The translations under genes and the position numbers were made by a program. From positions 93,858 to 157,857 of IMG/VR virus record IMGVR_UViG_3300027747_004779: a DNA stretch of 64,000 bases; one strand, given 5' to 3'. Of the stretch, positions 19,266 through 29,528 are shown one piece after another. The DNA comes from a virus. The notes below the pieces were generated by a model. That model did not search any database. It was not told the origin of the DNA and was given only the letters and a program-made list of their open reading frames with translations. Every line of letters begins with the position of its first letter. Within the stretch, counting starts at the first letter, position 1.

Positions 19266-19903
19266 AGAACGTTTGCTTTCTACATGTCGCTACTGTCGGT
19301 AAATATCAAGCTGTAGTTAATGATATTTTTACAAAACTTAAGACAAGCGGGCTACTCGATGAGCTTCATCGTATATATGTAAACATCGCCGGGGATGAGA
19401 TGGTAGTTATACCGCCTGAAGATAAAATAAAAATATTTCCTGATAAATGTGATTTAGGGATGTATGAGTTAAGCACCCTTAACTTACTCAAGCAATATTC
19501 TGATATTAAGAATGCAAATATTCTCTATGTACATACAAAGGGTGTGACATCTTTTAATAATCCCTGTATAGAAGAATGGAGAGAGTATATGCTATATTTT
19601 AATATTTTAAAATATAAAAACGCTATTAAACAGCTCGAGACAAATGATGCGGTAGGAGTAGATTTAGTTGACACACCGACCAAGCATTTTTCAGGCAACA
19701 TTTGGTGGTCAAAGACGTCACATATTAAAACTCTTCCTCCGGTATCTTGCTTACCGGTAATATTGAGTGAACGACATAAATGTGAATTTTGGGTTTGTAG
19801 TAAAACAACAGGAACGTATAAATCATTGCACAATAGTAACATTGATGTATATAGTAGACACTTAACTCGCTATCCTAAGGAAAAATATGAAAATATCAAT
19901 TAA
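19262..19903 (+). CDS. putative glycosyltransferase-like protein
   Basis: LYVHTKG...WREYM...FSGNIWW; located in the glycan cluster. Confidence 0.5.
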   Translation: MKNVCFLHVATVGKYQAVVNDIFTKLKTSGLLDELHRIYVNIAGDEMVVIPPEDKIKIFPDKCDLGMYELSTLNLLKQYSDIKNANILYVHTKGVTSFNNPCIEEWREYMLYFNILKYKNAIKQLETNDAVGVDLVDTPTKHFSGNIWWSKTSHIKTLPPVSCLPVILSERHKCEFWVCSKTTGTYKSLHNSNIDVYSRHLTRYPKEKYENIN

Positions 19904-20834
19904 TTATATCCCACATGATAGATATTTATATGTCGATAGTTTCTTAAAAGAAATTACTAAAATCTCTAGCAGCCTAAAAAAAGATATTGTTGTTAATTTC
20001 TTAATATCATCAACTAAAAGGGACTGGAGAGCAGATAAAGATTTTCTCGCTTCTAAAGATGTTTACTCTAACGTCTTTTTGATTAATAACGGCGACTACA
20101 TGACGAAGATTAAAACAGCACTAGAAAACAGCGATCAATATGCTATTAAGCTTGATGAAGATATTTTTGTACCAGCTAATGTCTGGGAATATATGCTTAG
20201 TAATTTAAATGTTCTAGAGGATAAAAATAATCTATTTATTTCACCAATACTGTCTACCGGAATCCCTACGGTAGATAAATTTGCTAATCAATTTCTTGCA
20301 CAAGAAGAGCGTGAAACATTATATAATATTTTTCTTAAAACAGCATTACCGAGCATATGGGGCGCAAATTATGAACCTCTTATTGAACACACATTCAATG
20401 CAAAAGAATGGAATTCAGATAATTTTTATAACGAGGTAGGCAGAATTCAACATTATTATAAAGGTGTTCACCCTGTACGGTTTTCATCTGCTGCACAGAC
20501 ATTTCTTCTTAATTGTGTATTGAAGAATCTAGATAAAATATTAAACGAAACAAATTTTTCTCTCTATACAGATCAAAAGCCATATTTTTGTAATAGTGTT
20601 TTTGGAATTAAAAAAGACGTCTGGACAAAAATTTTAAATGATACAAGCCTATTTAAAGACGGGTTTGATGAAGTACCTCTTAATCTATATCGAGAAGATA
20701 ATAAGTTGAATATGGTATTTATTAATAACGGCTTTAGTGTACATCCATCCTATAATACAATAAACGTTTTTGGCGATAATTATAAAGTTCTTTCTGATAG
20801 GTTCTTTAATCATGAATACTTCAAGCAACAGTAA
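19887..20834 (+). CDS. putative glycosyltransferase
   Basis: IKLDEDIF DxD motif; context. Confidence 0.5.
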   Translation: MKISINYIPHDRYLYVDSFLKEITKISSSLKKDIVVNFLISSTKRDWRADKDFLASKDVYSNVFLINNGDYMTKIKTALENSDQYAIKLDEDIFVPANVWEYMLSNLNVLEDKNNLFISPILSTGIPTVDKFANQFLAQEERETLYNIFLKTALPSIWGANYEPLIEHTFNAKEWNSDNFYNEVGRIQHYYKGVHPVRFSSAAQTFLLNCVLKNLDKILNETNFSLYTDQKPYFCNSVFGIKKDVWTKILNDTSLFKDGFDEVPLNLYREDNKLNMVFINNGFSVHPSYNTINVFGDNYKVLSDRFFNHEYFKQQ

Positions 20835-21525
20835 TTGGACTTTTGGCATTATTACTGAAAATATTACGCTTACAGAGAGCGGTGATATTTGTAAAGAGCA
20901 AAACCAGATTTTATATAGTGCTATTCAAAGTATCTTAGATCTCAATATATCTTTAAACAAATATGAGCTTATTATTATTGGTGGTAATAACCTAAAGAAA
21001 GATATTCAAAAAGATAATATTACTATCTTATATTTTGACGAAAATATTAAAAAAGCCTGGATAACAAAAAAGAAAAATATTATTTTTAATAGAGCGCAAT
21101 TTGAAAATACTATTATTATTCATGACTATGTTTCGTTCGATAAAAACTGGTATAGCGGGTTTCTTTCTTTTGAGACAGATTGGGATGTTTGTATGTGTCA
21201 AATAAGAAATAAGGATAATATTAGATGGCGGGATTGGCTTCTTTGGTGGTGTGGTACAGCTCCCTATAGATTAGAGCATAACGGAAAGCGGCTTCCTGCT
21301 AACAGATTATTATACGACGACTATCAGTTTGTTAATAATGATATGTATATAAACGGTACCGTTATTATTGGAAAAACAAACTACTTAAAAAATAATAAAT
21401 TTGATGAAAATCGCTGCTGGGGACAAGGTGAAGACTGTGAGTGGTCCGCGCGTTGCAGACCTACATGGAAATATAAGATGAATGTTAATTCGACCTTAAG
21501 ATTATTAAAACAAAAAGAGGATTAA
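20812..21525 (+). CDS. putative GT-A glycosyltransferase
   Basis: WITKKKN, IIHDY, FDE..WGQGED; start at ATG 20812. Confidence 0.6.
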   Translation: MNTSSNSNWTFGIITENITLTESGDICKEQNQILYSAIQSILDLNISLNKYELIIIGGNNLKKDIQKDNITILYFDENIKKAWITKKKNIIFNRAQFENTIIIHDYVSFDKNWYSGFLSFETDWDVCMCQIRNKDNIRWRDWLLWWCGTAPYRLEHNGKRLPANRLLYDDYQFVNNDMYINGTVIIGKTNYLKNNKFDENRCWGQGEDCEWSARCRPTWKYKMNVNSTLRLLKQKED

Positions 21526-22245
21526 GTGAACGTTGCTCTTTGTTTTTACGGACAACCTAGATATCTTGAAAACTTAAACTCTGTACAGTCACATAAAGAG
21601 CATATATATTCACAAGCTACTGTCGATGTGTATACTCATTTCTGGTTTAGTGAATCACAAAAATCATATCCTGTTTCCGATTGGTGTAGAGCAAGTGATC
21701 TTAAAGTTCATAAGAATACAGTAGAAGCGATTAAGGCATTTTATAAACCTATTGCTTTAGCATATGAACAACAAAAAGAATTTACCCCTAGTAACGAAAT
21801 TAAAGAAATATTAAAAATAAAACCATATTATACAGAAAATAATGTTTTTAATTTATTATCTCACCTCTACTCACTACAAAAATGTATTGAATTATTCGAA
21901 GAGCGAAAAAATAAAAGTTATGACTTTGTTATTGTCTCTAGATTCGACAACAAAATACATAAATTTCCTAACTTAACGCAACTATTAAAAAATAAATTCT
22001 ATTTAACGGATTTTTACGGCAAAGGGTTTAATGACTATATATACATAACGGATGAAAAATACCTTAGTGGGCTAAAAGTATATGAAAATTTTGATAGTAT
22101 TTCTAAATTAACAATTGGTTGCGTACCGGAAGAATATAAGCAAATCAATTTTCATCGAACTCATGGAAAAGATATCATCGAGTATATACCAAATTTGCAA
22201 GCTGGCATATTAAGATCTAGTCACGATACTATTGGACAGATATGA
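21526..22245 (+). CDS. glycan-cluster protein, putative transferase
   Basis: VALCFYGQPR, HFW, YDFVIVSRFD. Confidence 0.5.
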   Translation: MNVALCFYGQPRYLENLNSVQSHKEHIYSQATVDVYTHFWFSESQKSYPVSDWCRASDLKVHKNTVEAIKAFYKPIALAYEQQKEFTPSNEIKEILKIKPYYTENNVFNLLSHLYSLQKCIELFEERKNKSYDFVIVSRFDNKIHKFPNLTQLLKNKFYLTDFYGKGFNDYIYITDEKYLSGLKVYENFDSISKLTIGCVPEEYKQINFHRTHGKDIIEYIPNLQAGILRSSHDTIGQI

Positions 22246-23615
22246 TAAAACATATTATTTTTGATTTAGACGGTGTCTTAGTCGATGCACGTGAATTACA
22301 TTACTATTCGCTTAACAAGGCCTTAGAGTCATTTGATAAAAAATATATTATTACCAAGGAAGAGCATTTCTCTATATATGACGGCCTACCTACTAGTAAA
22401 AAATTAGAAATGTTGACGCAGCTTAAAGGCCTACCGGTAGAATTTTATAAAGATATTTGGTCAAAAAAACAAGAATATACTGCGGAATTTATACTTTCTA
22501 ATATTGATCCTGATGAAAGATTAATAACTGTTTTGGATAGATTAAAGCGAGAAGGTTATTCAATTAGTGTTGCATCAAATTCTATTCGTGAAACAGTAAA
22601 AAATATATTATTTAAAAAAGGATTTTTACCTTATATAAATTTTTTCCTATCTAATGAAGATGTCAAAAGAGCAAAACCGAATACAGAGATTTTTTTGCGT
22701 AGTATGATTCAGGCAGAAGTTGATCCAAAAGAGTGTCTTATTATAGAAGACTCTAATATAGGTAAAAAAGCAGCACAAAATTCTGGAGCTTACCTCTGCC
22801 CTGTATTATGTACTAATGATGTTACGTATGAAAAAATACGTACAGCTATTGATATGGCAAACAATACAGCACAAACTCATAAATGGGTAGGGGGTAATAT
22901 TAATGTTTTAATTCCTATGGCGGGCGCTGGAACGCGATTTGAAAAAGCTGGATATACGTTTCCAAAGCCTCTTATTGAAGTAAGAGGTAAGCCTATGATT
23001 CAGGTTGTCGTTAATAATATAAATATTGAGGGACAGCATATTTTTATAGCGCAGCGCGCTCATAGCGAAAAATATAATTTAAAAGATACCTTAAATTTAA
23101 TTTCACCTGGATGCAAATTAACAATTTCTGATAGCTTAACTGAAGGTGCTGCATGCACTACATTGCTAGCAAAAGAATATATTAATAACGATACGCCATT
23201 AATTATGGCAAATTCAGATCAATATATTGACTGGGATAGTAGTGAATTTATGTGGTCAATGATGGCTGATCACGTCGATGGTGGTATCCTGGTATTTGAA
23301 TCAACTCATCCTAAATGGAGCTTTGCAAAACTTAATAATGAGGGGTATGTATGCGAAGTTGCGGAGAAGCGGCCTATAAGCAATCTTGCTACTGTAGGTA
23401 TATACTTTTGGCGCAAAGGATCAGACTACGTAAAATATGCAGAACAGATGATAAAGAAGAACATTCGTGTTAATAATGAATTTTATGTTTGCCCGGTTTT
23501 TAACGAAGCAATTCAAGACGGTAAAAAAATAAAAGTATTTAAAATTGCTAATGATAAGATGTGGGGTATCGGTACGCCGGAAGATTTAAGTTATTTTCTT
23601 GAAAATCATCCATGA
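22242..23615 (+). CDS. HAD phosphatase fused to sugar-phosphate nucleotidyltransferase
   Basis: FDLDGVL, KP, EDS; PMAGAGTRF..PKPLI, AEK, NNEFYV, GTPEDL. Confidence 0.88.
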   Translation: MIKHIIFDLDGVLVDARELHYYSLNKALESFDKKYIITKEEHFSIYDGLPTSKKLEMLTQLKGLPVEFYKDIWSKKQEYTAEFILSNIDPDERLITVLDRLKREGYSISVASNSIRETVKNILFKKGFLPYINFFLSNEDVKRAKPNTEIFLRSMIQAEVDPKECLIIEDSNIGKKAAQNSGAYLCPVLCTNDVTYEKIRTAIDMANNTAQTHKWVGGNINVLIPMAGAGTRFEKAGYTFPKPLIEVRGKPMIQVVVNNINIEGQHIFIAQRAHSEKYNLKDTLNLISPGCKLTISDSLTEGAACTTLLAKEYINNDTPLIMANSDQYIDWDSSEFMWSMMADHVDGGILVFESTHPKWSFAKLNNEGYVCEVAEKRPISNLATVGIYFWRKGSDYVKYAEQMIKKNIRVNNEFYVCPVFNEAIQDGKKIKVFKIANDKMWGIGTPEDLSYFLENHP

Positions 23616-24043
23616 AGATTATATCACACCGCGGTAATATTTTTGGTCTCGATCCAAAAAGAGAGAATGTGCCTGAAATAGTAGAGGAATGTATTGATAT
23701 GGGGTTTGATGTCGAAGTAGATGTATGGCTCAAGGATAACGTGTACTATCTTGGTCACGATGCGCCCAAGATACCAATAGCAAAAGAATTTTTATTGAGA
23801 GAACAGCTCTGGTGTCATGCGAAAAACCTTGAAGCACTTCATCACATGCTTAATGATAATATACATTGCTTCTGGCATCAGGAAGACGATTTTACACTAA
23901 CATCGAGAGGCGTTATATGGACATACCCGGGTAAGGAGATTACCGATAAATCTATTCTGGTAACAAACGTTTTTCCAAAAGAAAAATGTTATGGTATATG
24001 CACCGATTTTCCCTTTAAAATGCACAATGAAAAGAATAGCTAA
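23612..24043 (+). CDS. GDPD/PLC-like phosphodiesterase
   Basis: ISHRGN, EN, DVEVDV, GHD, ICTD. Confidence 0.75.
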   Translation: MKIISHRGNIFGLDPKRENVPEIVEECIDMGFDVEVDVWLKDNVYYLGHDAPKIPIAKEFLLREQLWCHAKNLEALHHMLNDNIHCFWHQEDDFTLTSRGVIWTYPGKEITDKSILVTNVFPKEKCYGICTDFPFKMHNEKNS

Positions 24044-24842
24044 TTTTACTCAAACATATAAGGGTACGCTACGTTGGTCTCCAGGCAGTGATGGTAAGAA
24101 TAGAGATTTTTTAATTGATGCACTTTGCCATAATGAAGGAAAGATTGAGAGCTACAAATTGCTCGATTTACAGACGTTTAATTTTCATAATATAGATGTT
24201 GAACATAGCAAACAATTAGCTAATAAAATTAAAACTGTCTTACCATCTTGTGAGTTTTTTGTTTATCAAGATATGAGTCTTGGCAGTACTATATATAAAC
24301 ATCTTAACTTTTTAAAAGAGCGTGGTATGACAGATTTCATCTGGATACAGGACGATGAATTTTTTACATATAATAATTTTAATGATTTTAGGGATGTTAT
24401 TAATTTTTACAGAGCACACAATGATATTAAACATATAAACCTATTACATAGATTAAATGAGGGTGTACAGAGCGATGCATATTCAAATCATCCTGGAGTT
24501 AGACAAGCAGACAATATAAAAATATCTAATAATATAAATTTAACTAAAACGCGCGCAAAAGATATTGAGCCTGCGAATAATTATGTAATGGACTTTTCAG
24601 CATTTATTTGTGACATTGATTATTTTCTTAATAATATGTTTCACGAAACGTTTGCCGAACATCTTGATGCATATAGGCTAGAGGGTGCAGTAAATGAATT
24701 ATGTCTTAAGAATAATATTCAAAGATGTTTTGTAAATGTTAATTTTTTTGAATCATTTAATATTGTCGGCATGCCGCCTTCGCTTGGCAAGAGCGATGTC
24801 GCTTTGCAAAAACTTAAAAATTTAGTTAAAAAACCTTCTTGA
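24027..24842 (+). CDS. putative glycosyltransferase
   Basis: WIQDD motif; end of glycan cluster; start MKRIANF. Confidence 0.45.
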   Translation: MKRIANFTQTYKGTLRWSPGSDGKNRDFLIDALCHNEGKIESYKLLDLQTFNFHNIDVEHSKQLANKIKTVLPSCEFFVYQDMSLGSTIYKHLNFLKERGMTDFIWIQDDEFFTYNNFNDFRDVINFYRAHNDIKHINLLHRLNEGVQSDAYSNHPGVRQADNIKISNNINLTKTRAKDIEPANNYVMDFSAFICDIDYFLNNMFHETFAEHLDAYRLEGAVNELCLKNNIQRCFVNVNFFESFNIVGMPPSLGKSDVALQKLKNLVKKPS

Positions 24843-24872
24843 ACTTTAAAGAATTGACGTTATTATATTAAT

Positions 24873-25460
24873 ATGATTTTAAACGATGTTAAATGCTACG
24901 ACGGTAAACTTCTTCATTCTAGATTCGCTTACAAATATTTCCGTGAAAGGACACTCCCCATTGGTAATATAATTGCATTTCGCGCGCCAATGAAAGTAGA
25001 GGCTGAAGGGATGATTGATAGTGAAGATGTCCTTAACAACGACTACATTTACAGCGATGATGCAATTAATTTTCTTTGGGAGATTCCTAACCTTGATCCC
25101 TTTGGCGCTGTCGCTTGGCAGCGTCTTTTTAATACTCAAATTGCACAAATTCTTAGTACGAGATATCTTGAAACGCCCATTGAAGTCGATGGAGACGATT
25201 TGATTGTACATAAAGAGCATATGCAAGCTGGTATTGCGCAACCTAAAGGTAAGTGTAGCGTGAGCATTACATATTCCTCAAATAATGTTGCTCTTGGTCA
25301 TACAGGTATTAATATTACGGCTGGTAAAAAAGCGCCTGCGTTTGCTTATTCAACCAATCTTTCAAATGAGCAAGCAATTGCTTTCATGAAAGATATCGTA
25401 GAGTTGTTCTATAAAATGAATGATGATATTTTTATCGCGACGTCAAAAGTTATTTGTTAA
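24873..25460 (+). CDS. DUF366-like protein (biotin/lipoate ligase-like fold)
   Basis: YDG, D.ED, I.SDD, Q-R-L, GDDL, K.SVSI, H.GIN. Confidence 0.65.
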   Translation: MILNDVKCYDGKLLHSRFAYKYFRERTLPIGNIIAFRAPMKVEAEGMIDSEDVLNNDYIYSDDAINFLWEIPNLDPFGAVAWQRLFNTQIAQILSTRYLETPIEVDGDDLIVHKEHMQAGIAQPKGKCSVSITYSSNNVALGHTGINITAGKKAPAFAYSTNLSNEQAIAFMKDIVELFYKMNDDIFIATSKVIC

Positions 25461-25831
25461 TGACAATATTTGATTTTATTTCAAATATTGCTTATACAAA
25501 AAATAAAAACTGTCTTAATACTGTAGATGAAGAATCAGAGTTTCAGCCTTTTTTGGTTAATCGCTGGCTTAGTATGTATTCTCCGTCTATGGCTAAACTT
25601 TCGAACACTTTAAACAAATATATAGGTATATTTGAATCTAAGAAAGATCTCTTTTCATTATTTTGTGCAACCTTTCCTAAAGTACCGGCTAAAAAAATAA
25701 CATATTTTAAGAAAAATAAAGAGCAAAAAAACGCTCAAGATGAAGAGATCGTAACACAAATATCAAAAAATATAGAGCTGTCTAAAAGAGAGATTCGTAA
25801 TTATATCTTTGAACTAAATAAAAAAGATTGA
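25460..25831 (+). CDS. gp62-like clamp loader small subunit
   Basis: FQPFLVNRWLSM; C-terminal ELSKRE. Confidence 0.6.
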   Translation: MTIFDFISNIAYTKNKNCLNTVDEESEFQPFLVNRWLSMYSPSMAKLSNTLNKYIGIFESKKDLFSLFCATFPKVPAKKITYFKKNKEQKNAQDEEIVTQISKNIELSKREIRNYIFELNKKD

Positions 25832-25860
25832 TTAAATAGCCAGATTAATTAAATTACTTT

Positions 25861-26322
25861 ATGCCTATAGATATAGATGTTTTGCCAACACAAAAAAGCT
25901 TGTTAGATTTATCAGAATTACCTAAAAATACATTCAATTCAGTGTTTTATGGTTATAACCTTAAAGCTCTTTTAGATGATATTCTCTTAGTACAATATAT
26001 GGATGAAACCTCAGATGGTACATCTATTGTACGCAATGGTATTGTTATACCAATTAACGCAGATACAAAAGCGTGGAGAATTGGTGAAGTGGTTTTGTGT
26101 GGGCCCAATGCCAAATATGTTAAGAAAGGCGACTATGTTTGTTTTCCAAACAATTTAGGTGTGCCTGTTGCTAACTTAGATATTGATGGTTTTGGTACTC
26201 TAAAGAAAGGGCTGTTCTTAAACGAGCAGCGTATTTTTGGTATTTGTTCTTTAAGAAAAGACGATGAAAGTGTCGCTTCCCACATTAAAAAATCTTCTTC
26301 TAAGCAACGTGGCGGAAATTAA
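25861..26322 (+). CDS. GroES-like co-chaperonin
   Basis: DILLV, GIVIP, GEVVLCGP..VKKGDYV, LNEQRIFG. Confidence 0.7.
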   Translation: MPIDIDVLPTQKSLLDLSELPKNTFNSVFYGYNLKALLDDILLVQYMDETSDGTSIVRNGIVIPINADTKAWRIGEVVLCGPNAKYVKKGDYVCFPNNLGVPVANLDIDGFGTLKKGLFLNEQRIFGICSLRKDDESVASHIKKSSSKQRGGN

Positions 26323-26641
26323 ATTTCTGCGCCGACGTCCTCGGGCAGGAGTTCCACCAGCAAGAAGAATGCTGTGTACTAATTCGCTTGCATTGCTAAT
26401 GAGCCCAGAAGGCAGAATTGCATTAAATTATCGTCGGGCGATTAATTATCCGAAATTTGATCCTAACGTAAAAAATCTTTTAATTACTTGGGATATTTTT
26501 ATGCAGGACTATAGATGTATTAACATGTCTGCTTGTGATTTAATTAATGTAATTCCTGCAAATAAGCAGTTTTGGAAATTTTTTAACGAGCGTCTTTCTT
26601 TACTCGATGCGCAGCAAAAAATGAGGTTTATGAACTCATGA
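26264..26641 (+). CDS. conserved phage protein (WYL/SH3-like)
   Basis: RRMLCT...TWDI..QDYRCI. Confidence 0.5.
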   Translation: MKVSLPTLKNLLLSNVAEIKFLRRRPRAGVPPARRMLCTNSLALLMSPEGRIALNYRRAINYPKFDPNVKNLLITWDIFMQDYRCINMSACDLINVIPANKQFWKFFNERLSLLDAQQKMRFMNS

Positions 26642-26985
26642 CATCAATTGAACAAATAGAGGTGGGTGTCAATAAGCTTCTGCAAAGTAATATAATTTTT
26701 GCACTAGAAAATAAAATTGTAAAAAAAGGTAAGCTTATTTTATTTTGTGTAAAAGATTTCTTTTGCGTCTTTACGCTTATATGTGAAGAAAAGAACAACA
26801 AAAAAATTATTTATGAAATTCCGTACCCATTTGCATTGAATGTGCTTAATAATAAAGTTATTTTTGACTATACAGTTAATACCTTTTGCGAAAAAAATAA
26901 ACAAGTGGCAGATATTATTCGAACTCTCGGGATAGAGAAGACGTCAAAGCTCTTTAATAAAAGATTATCGATAACTGCAGTTTAA
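26638..26985 (+). CDS. hypothetical protein
   Basis: ATGA-coupled ORF. Confidence 0.55.
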   Translation: MTSIEQIEVGVNKLLQSNIIFALENKIVKKGKLILFCVKDFFCVFTLICEEKNNKKIIYEIPYPFALNVLNNKVIFDYTVNTFCEKNKQVADIIRTLGIEKTSKLFNKRLSITAV

Positions 26986-27014
26986 TTTTTGTTTTTATAG
27001 TATATAATTAACAC

Positions 27015-28646
27015 GTGTTTAGCAGATATCTTTCGCATTTTCCAAGAGAGTATGAACCGAGTAATCAGCAAGTCAAACTTATTCGTGGCGTTGAGCGCGC
27101 GTTCAATAACGGAAAAAAATTTGTAATTTGTTGCGCTCCAACTGGGACAGGCAAAAGTTTTCTTGCTAAGACATTATCCGGGTTAGGTTCAAAGCCAAAT
27201 ACAACATTTGTTAACAGTATTGAGAGCTATGCAGCTTATAAACAAGACTTTGCCGGTAATTATATTAATGAAGTTGATTGTTTGTCACAGCCACCATTTG
27301 GGACATTTGCTCTGACAATTACCAAATCACTGCAAGATCAATATTTAAAGCTCTTTCCAGATACAGACATCCTTAAAGGTAAATCGAATTATATTTGTGA
27401 TGTTGATCAAAATTTTGATGTTGAAACCGCACCGTGTGTATTAGTTTCAAAAATACGTGATGAGTGTTGGGAAAAAAACCGATGTCCTTATTATAATGCG
27501 CGTAACACATCACTCCTTTCAAATTTTTCTGTTTTAAATTATAAGATGTTTCTTGCATTACCAAATCATGTAAAGCGCAAAAATTTTATTATTTGTGACG
27601 AAGCTTCAGAATTAGAAGACGAGCTGGTTAAACGGTTTTCAGCTGAAGTTACCTATGACCGCTTGAAGCAGTATGGTATTAGCTTTAGCTCGCTTATTAC
27701 CGATAATAAAGATAAAACAAGAGCGTGGATTTATGATTTAGTTTTTAACGTTAGTGAACAAATTAATACTTTAATTAACCGGGTAAATAAAAAACAACGA
27801 ACTCTTTCGCAGCCTGAAAAGATAAAATTACAGTATCTAAAAAACTTACACAATTCATTGACAACCGTTGACGGCCTTTGGAAGGATTGCGAATTTATTA
27901 TTGATAAAGACAGCAAAAGGGTAACTTTTACTCCGCTAAAAGCTGATAGACTTACAAAATTTATTTTTGATTATGCTGAAAATGTATTGTTAATGTCAGC
28001 TACAATTATTGATCATAAGAATTTCGCAAAAACACTAGGCATTAAAGATTATGAATATGTAGAGGTTGAGAGCGATTTTGACCCTGCTAAATCGCCTATA
28101 TACGTGTCATCAAAGCATAAGTTAAATTATAAAAACCTAACAAATGTTCTGCCCGATATTTGCGAACAAATAAAAACAATTATTGAGTATCATAAGAACG
28201 ATAAAGGTATTATTCATACACATTCGCGAGATATAACAAATTTTCTTAAAACGAAACTATCTAATAATAAACGATTCTTGTTTAGGGACGATCTAGCAAA
28301 TAATGAGGAGATTCTTAAACAGCATTATGAAGCTGACTTTCCAACGATTCTAGTTTCCCCCTCTCTGTCTTTTGGTGTCGATTTAAAAGACGATCTAGCA
28401 AGATTTCAGATTATTATTAAACTTCCATTCCCTCCTTTATCATCAAAGCGTATTAAAAAATTATTTGAAACAGATAAAGATTGGTATGAAAATAAGATGT
28501 TAAATTCATTAGTACAAGCATGTGGCCGAGCGACTCGTAGTAAAAATGACTTTTCAACTACTTATATACTTGATGGTAATATAGTTAATTCGCTTAAACG
28601 TACAAAAGATAAGTTACCCAAATCTTTTATAGAGCGCATTTGCTAA
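27015..28646 (+). CDS. DinG/XPD-family helicase
   Basis: APTGTGKS, Fe-S cysteines (C..C..C..CPY), DEAS, MSAT, GVD, QACGR..R. Confidence 0.88.
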   Translation: MFSRYLSHFPREYEPSNQQVKLIRGVERAFNNGKKFVICCAPTGTGKSFLAKTLSGLGSKPNTTFVNSIESYAAYKQDFAGNYINEVDCLSQPPFGTFALTITKSLQDQYLKLFPDTDILKGKSNYICDVDQNFDVETAPCVLVSKIRDECWEKNRCPYYNARNTSLLSNFSVLNYKMFLALPNHVKRKNFIICDEASELEDELVKRFSAEVTYDRLKQYGISFSSLITDNKDKTRAWIYDLVFNVSEQINTLINRVNKKQRTLSQPEKIKLQYLKNLHNSLTTVDGLWKDCEFIIDKDSKRVTFTPLKADRLTKFIFDYAENVLLMSATIIDHKNFAKTLGIKDYEYVEVESDFDPAKSPIYVSSKHKLNYKNLTNVLPDICEQIKTIIEYHKNDKGIIHTHSRDITNFLKTKLSNNKRFLFRDDLANNEEILKQHYEADFPTILVSPSLSFGVDLKDDLARFQIIIKLPFPPLSSKRIKKLFETDKDWYENKMLNSLVQACGRATRSKNDFSTTYILDGNIVNSLKRTKDKLPKSFIERIC

Positions 28647-28657
28647 TAAATATTATA

Positions 28658-29473
28658 GTGAAACTCGAGACCTTTCATTTTGAGATTAAAGACCTTATAA
28701 CACAGTTTGTAGCTGCGTTTGATGATATTATTATAAAAAGGTATGATAAAAACCGTGTACCGCAAAATAAAGTACAAGTAAGATATGTTTATGCTCCCAA
28801 AGAGCGGGTTTTATATGATCTAGTTAACAAAGCACAAAATCTCACAGTACCTGTAGTTGCTGTCAGTATAACAAATGTAGCTCGCGATGAAGATCGCGTT
28901 TTTAATAAAAATAGCGGGTTTTATCTAACAAGAGGACCTACAGATAATTCAATAAGCTCTACATCACAATATTACAGAACACCAGTACCAGTTAATATAG
29001 GCGTCTCCATGTCTATTATAACAAAATTTCAATCAGATATGGATCAAATTATTTCAAATTTTGTTCCATACAATAATCCTTATATTATTCTTTCTTGGCA
29101 GATTCCAAGTACAGTTGTACCAAGCGGGTTTGATCTTCCACAAGAAATACGAAGCGAAGTTTTATGGGATGGTGGAATCAATCTTTCTTATCCAATTGAT
29201 ATTCAGGCGAACGAAAAATATCGTCTTATTGGCGATACATCTTTTATAGTAAAAGGCTGGTTATTCCCATATATGCAACAGCCCGTTGGAAACATATATT
29301 TTATTAATAATAACTTTAATTCATCATCAATTATTACTGATTATGACGCGCTTACTGGTAATACATATACATATCCAACTAGCACAAACCTTGTAAGCGA
29401 TACAGAAACTGTATCAATTTCTGGAATTCCACAATTTACCAATGTTGACTATACTACATCGCTCAATCAATAA
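28658..29473 (+). CDS. gp15: gp15-like tail terminator/sheath stabiliser
   Basis: F..II.R, YAPKE, PVPVNI, DQI...PY, F.VKGWLF; GTG start 5 nt after ATAAATA. Confidence 0.8.
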   Translation: MKLETFHFEIKDLITQFVAAFDDIIIKRYDKNRVPQNKVQVRYVYAPKERVLYDLVNKAQNLTVPVVAVSITNVARDEDRVFNKNSGFYLTRGPTDNSISSTSQYYRTPVPVNIGVSMSIITKFQSDMDQIISNFVPYNNPYIILSWQIPSTVVPSGFDLPQEIRSEVLWDGGINLSYPIDIQANEKYRLIGDTSFIVKGWLFPYMQQPVGNIYFINNNFNSSSIITDYDALTGNTYTYPTSTNLVSDTETVSISGIPQFTNVDYTTSLNQ

Positions 29474-29528
29474 AGTTAATATTTATAGTTTAAGTTTAGA
29501 ATAGAGCACATAAATATAATAAAACAAT

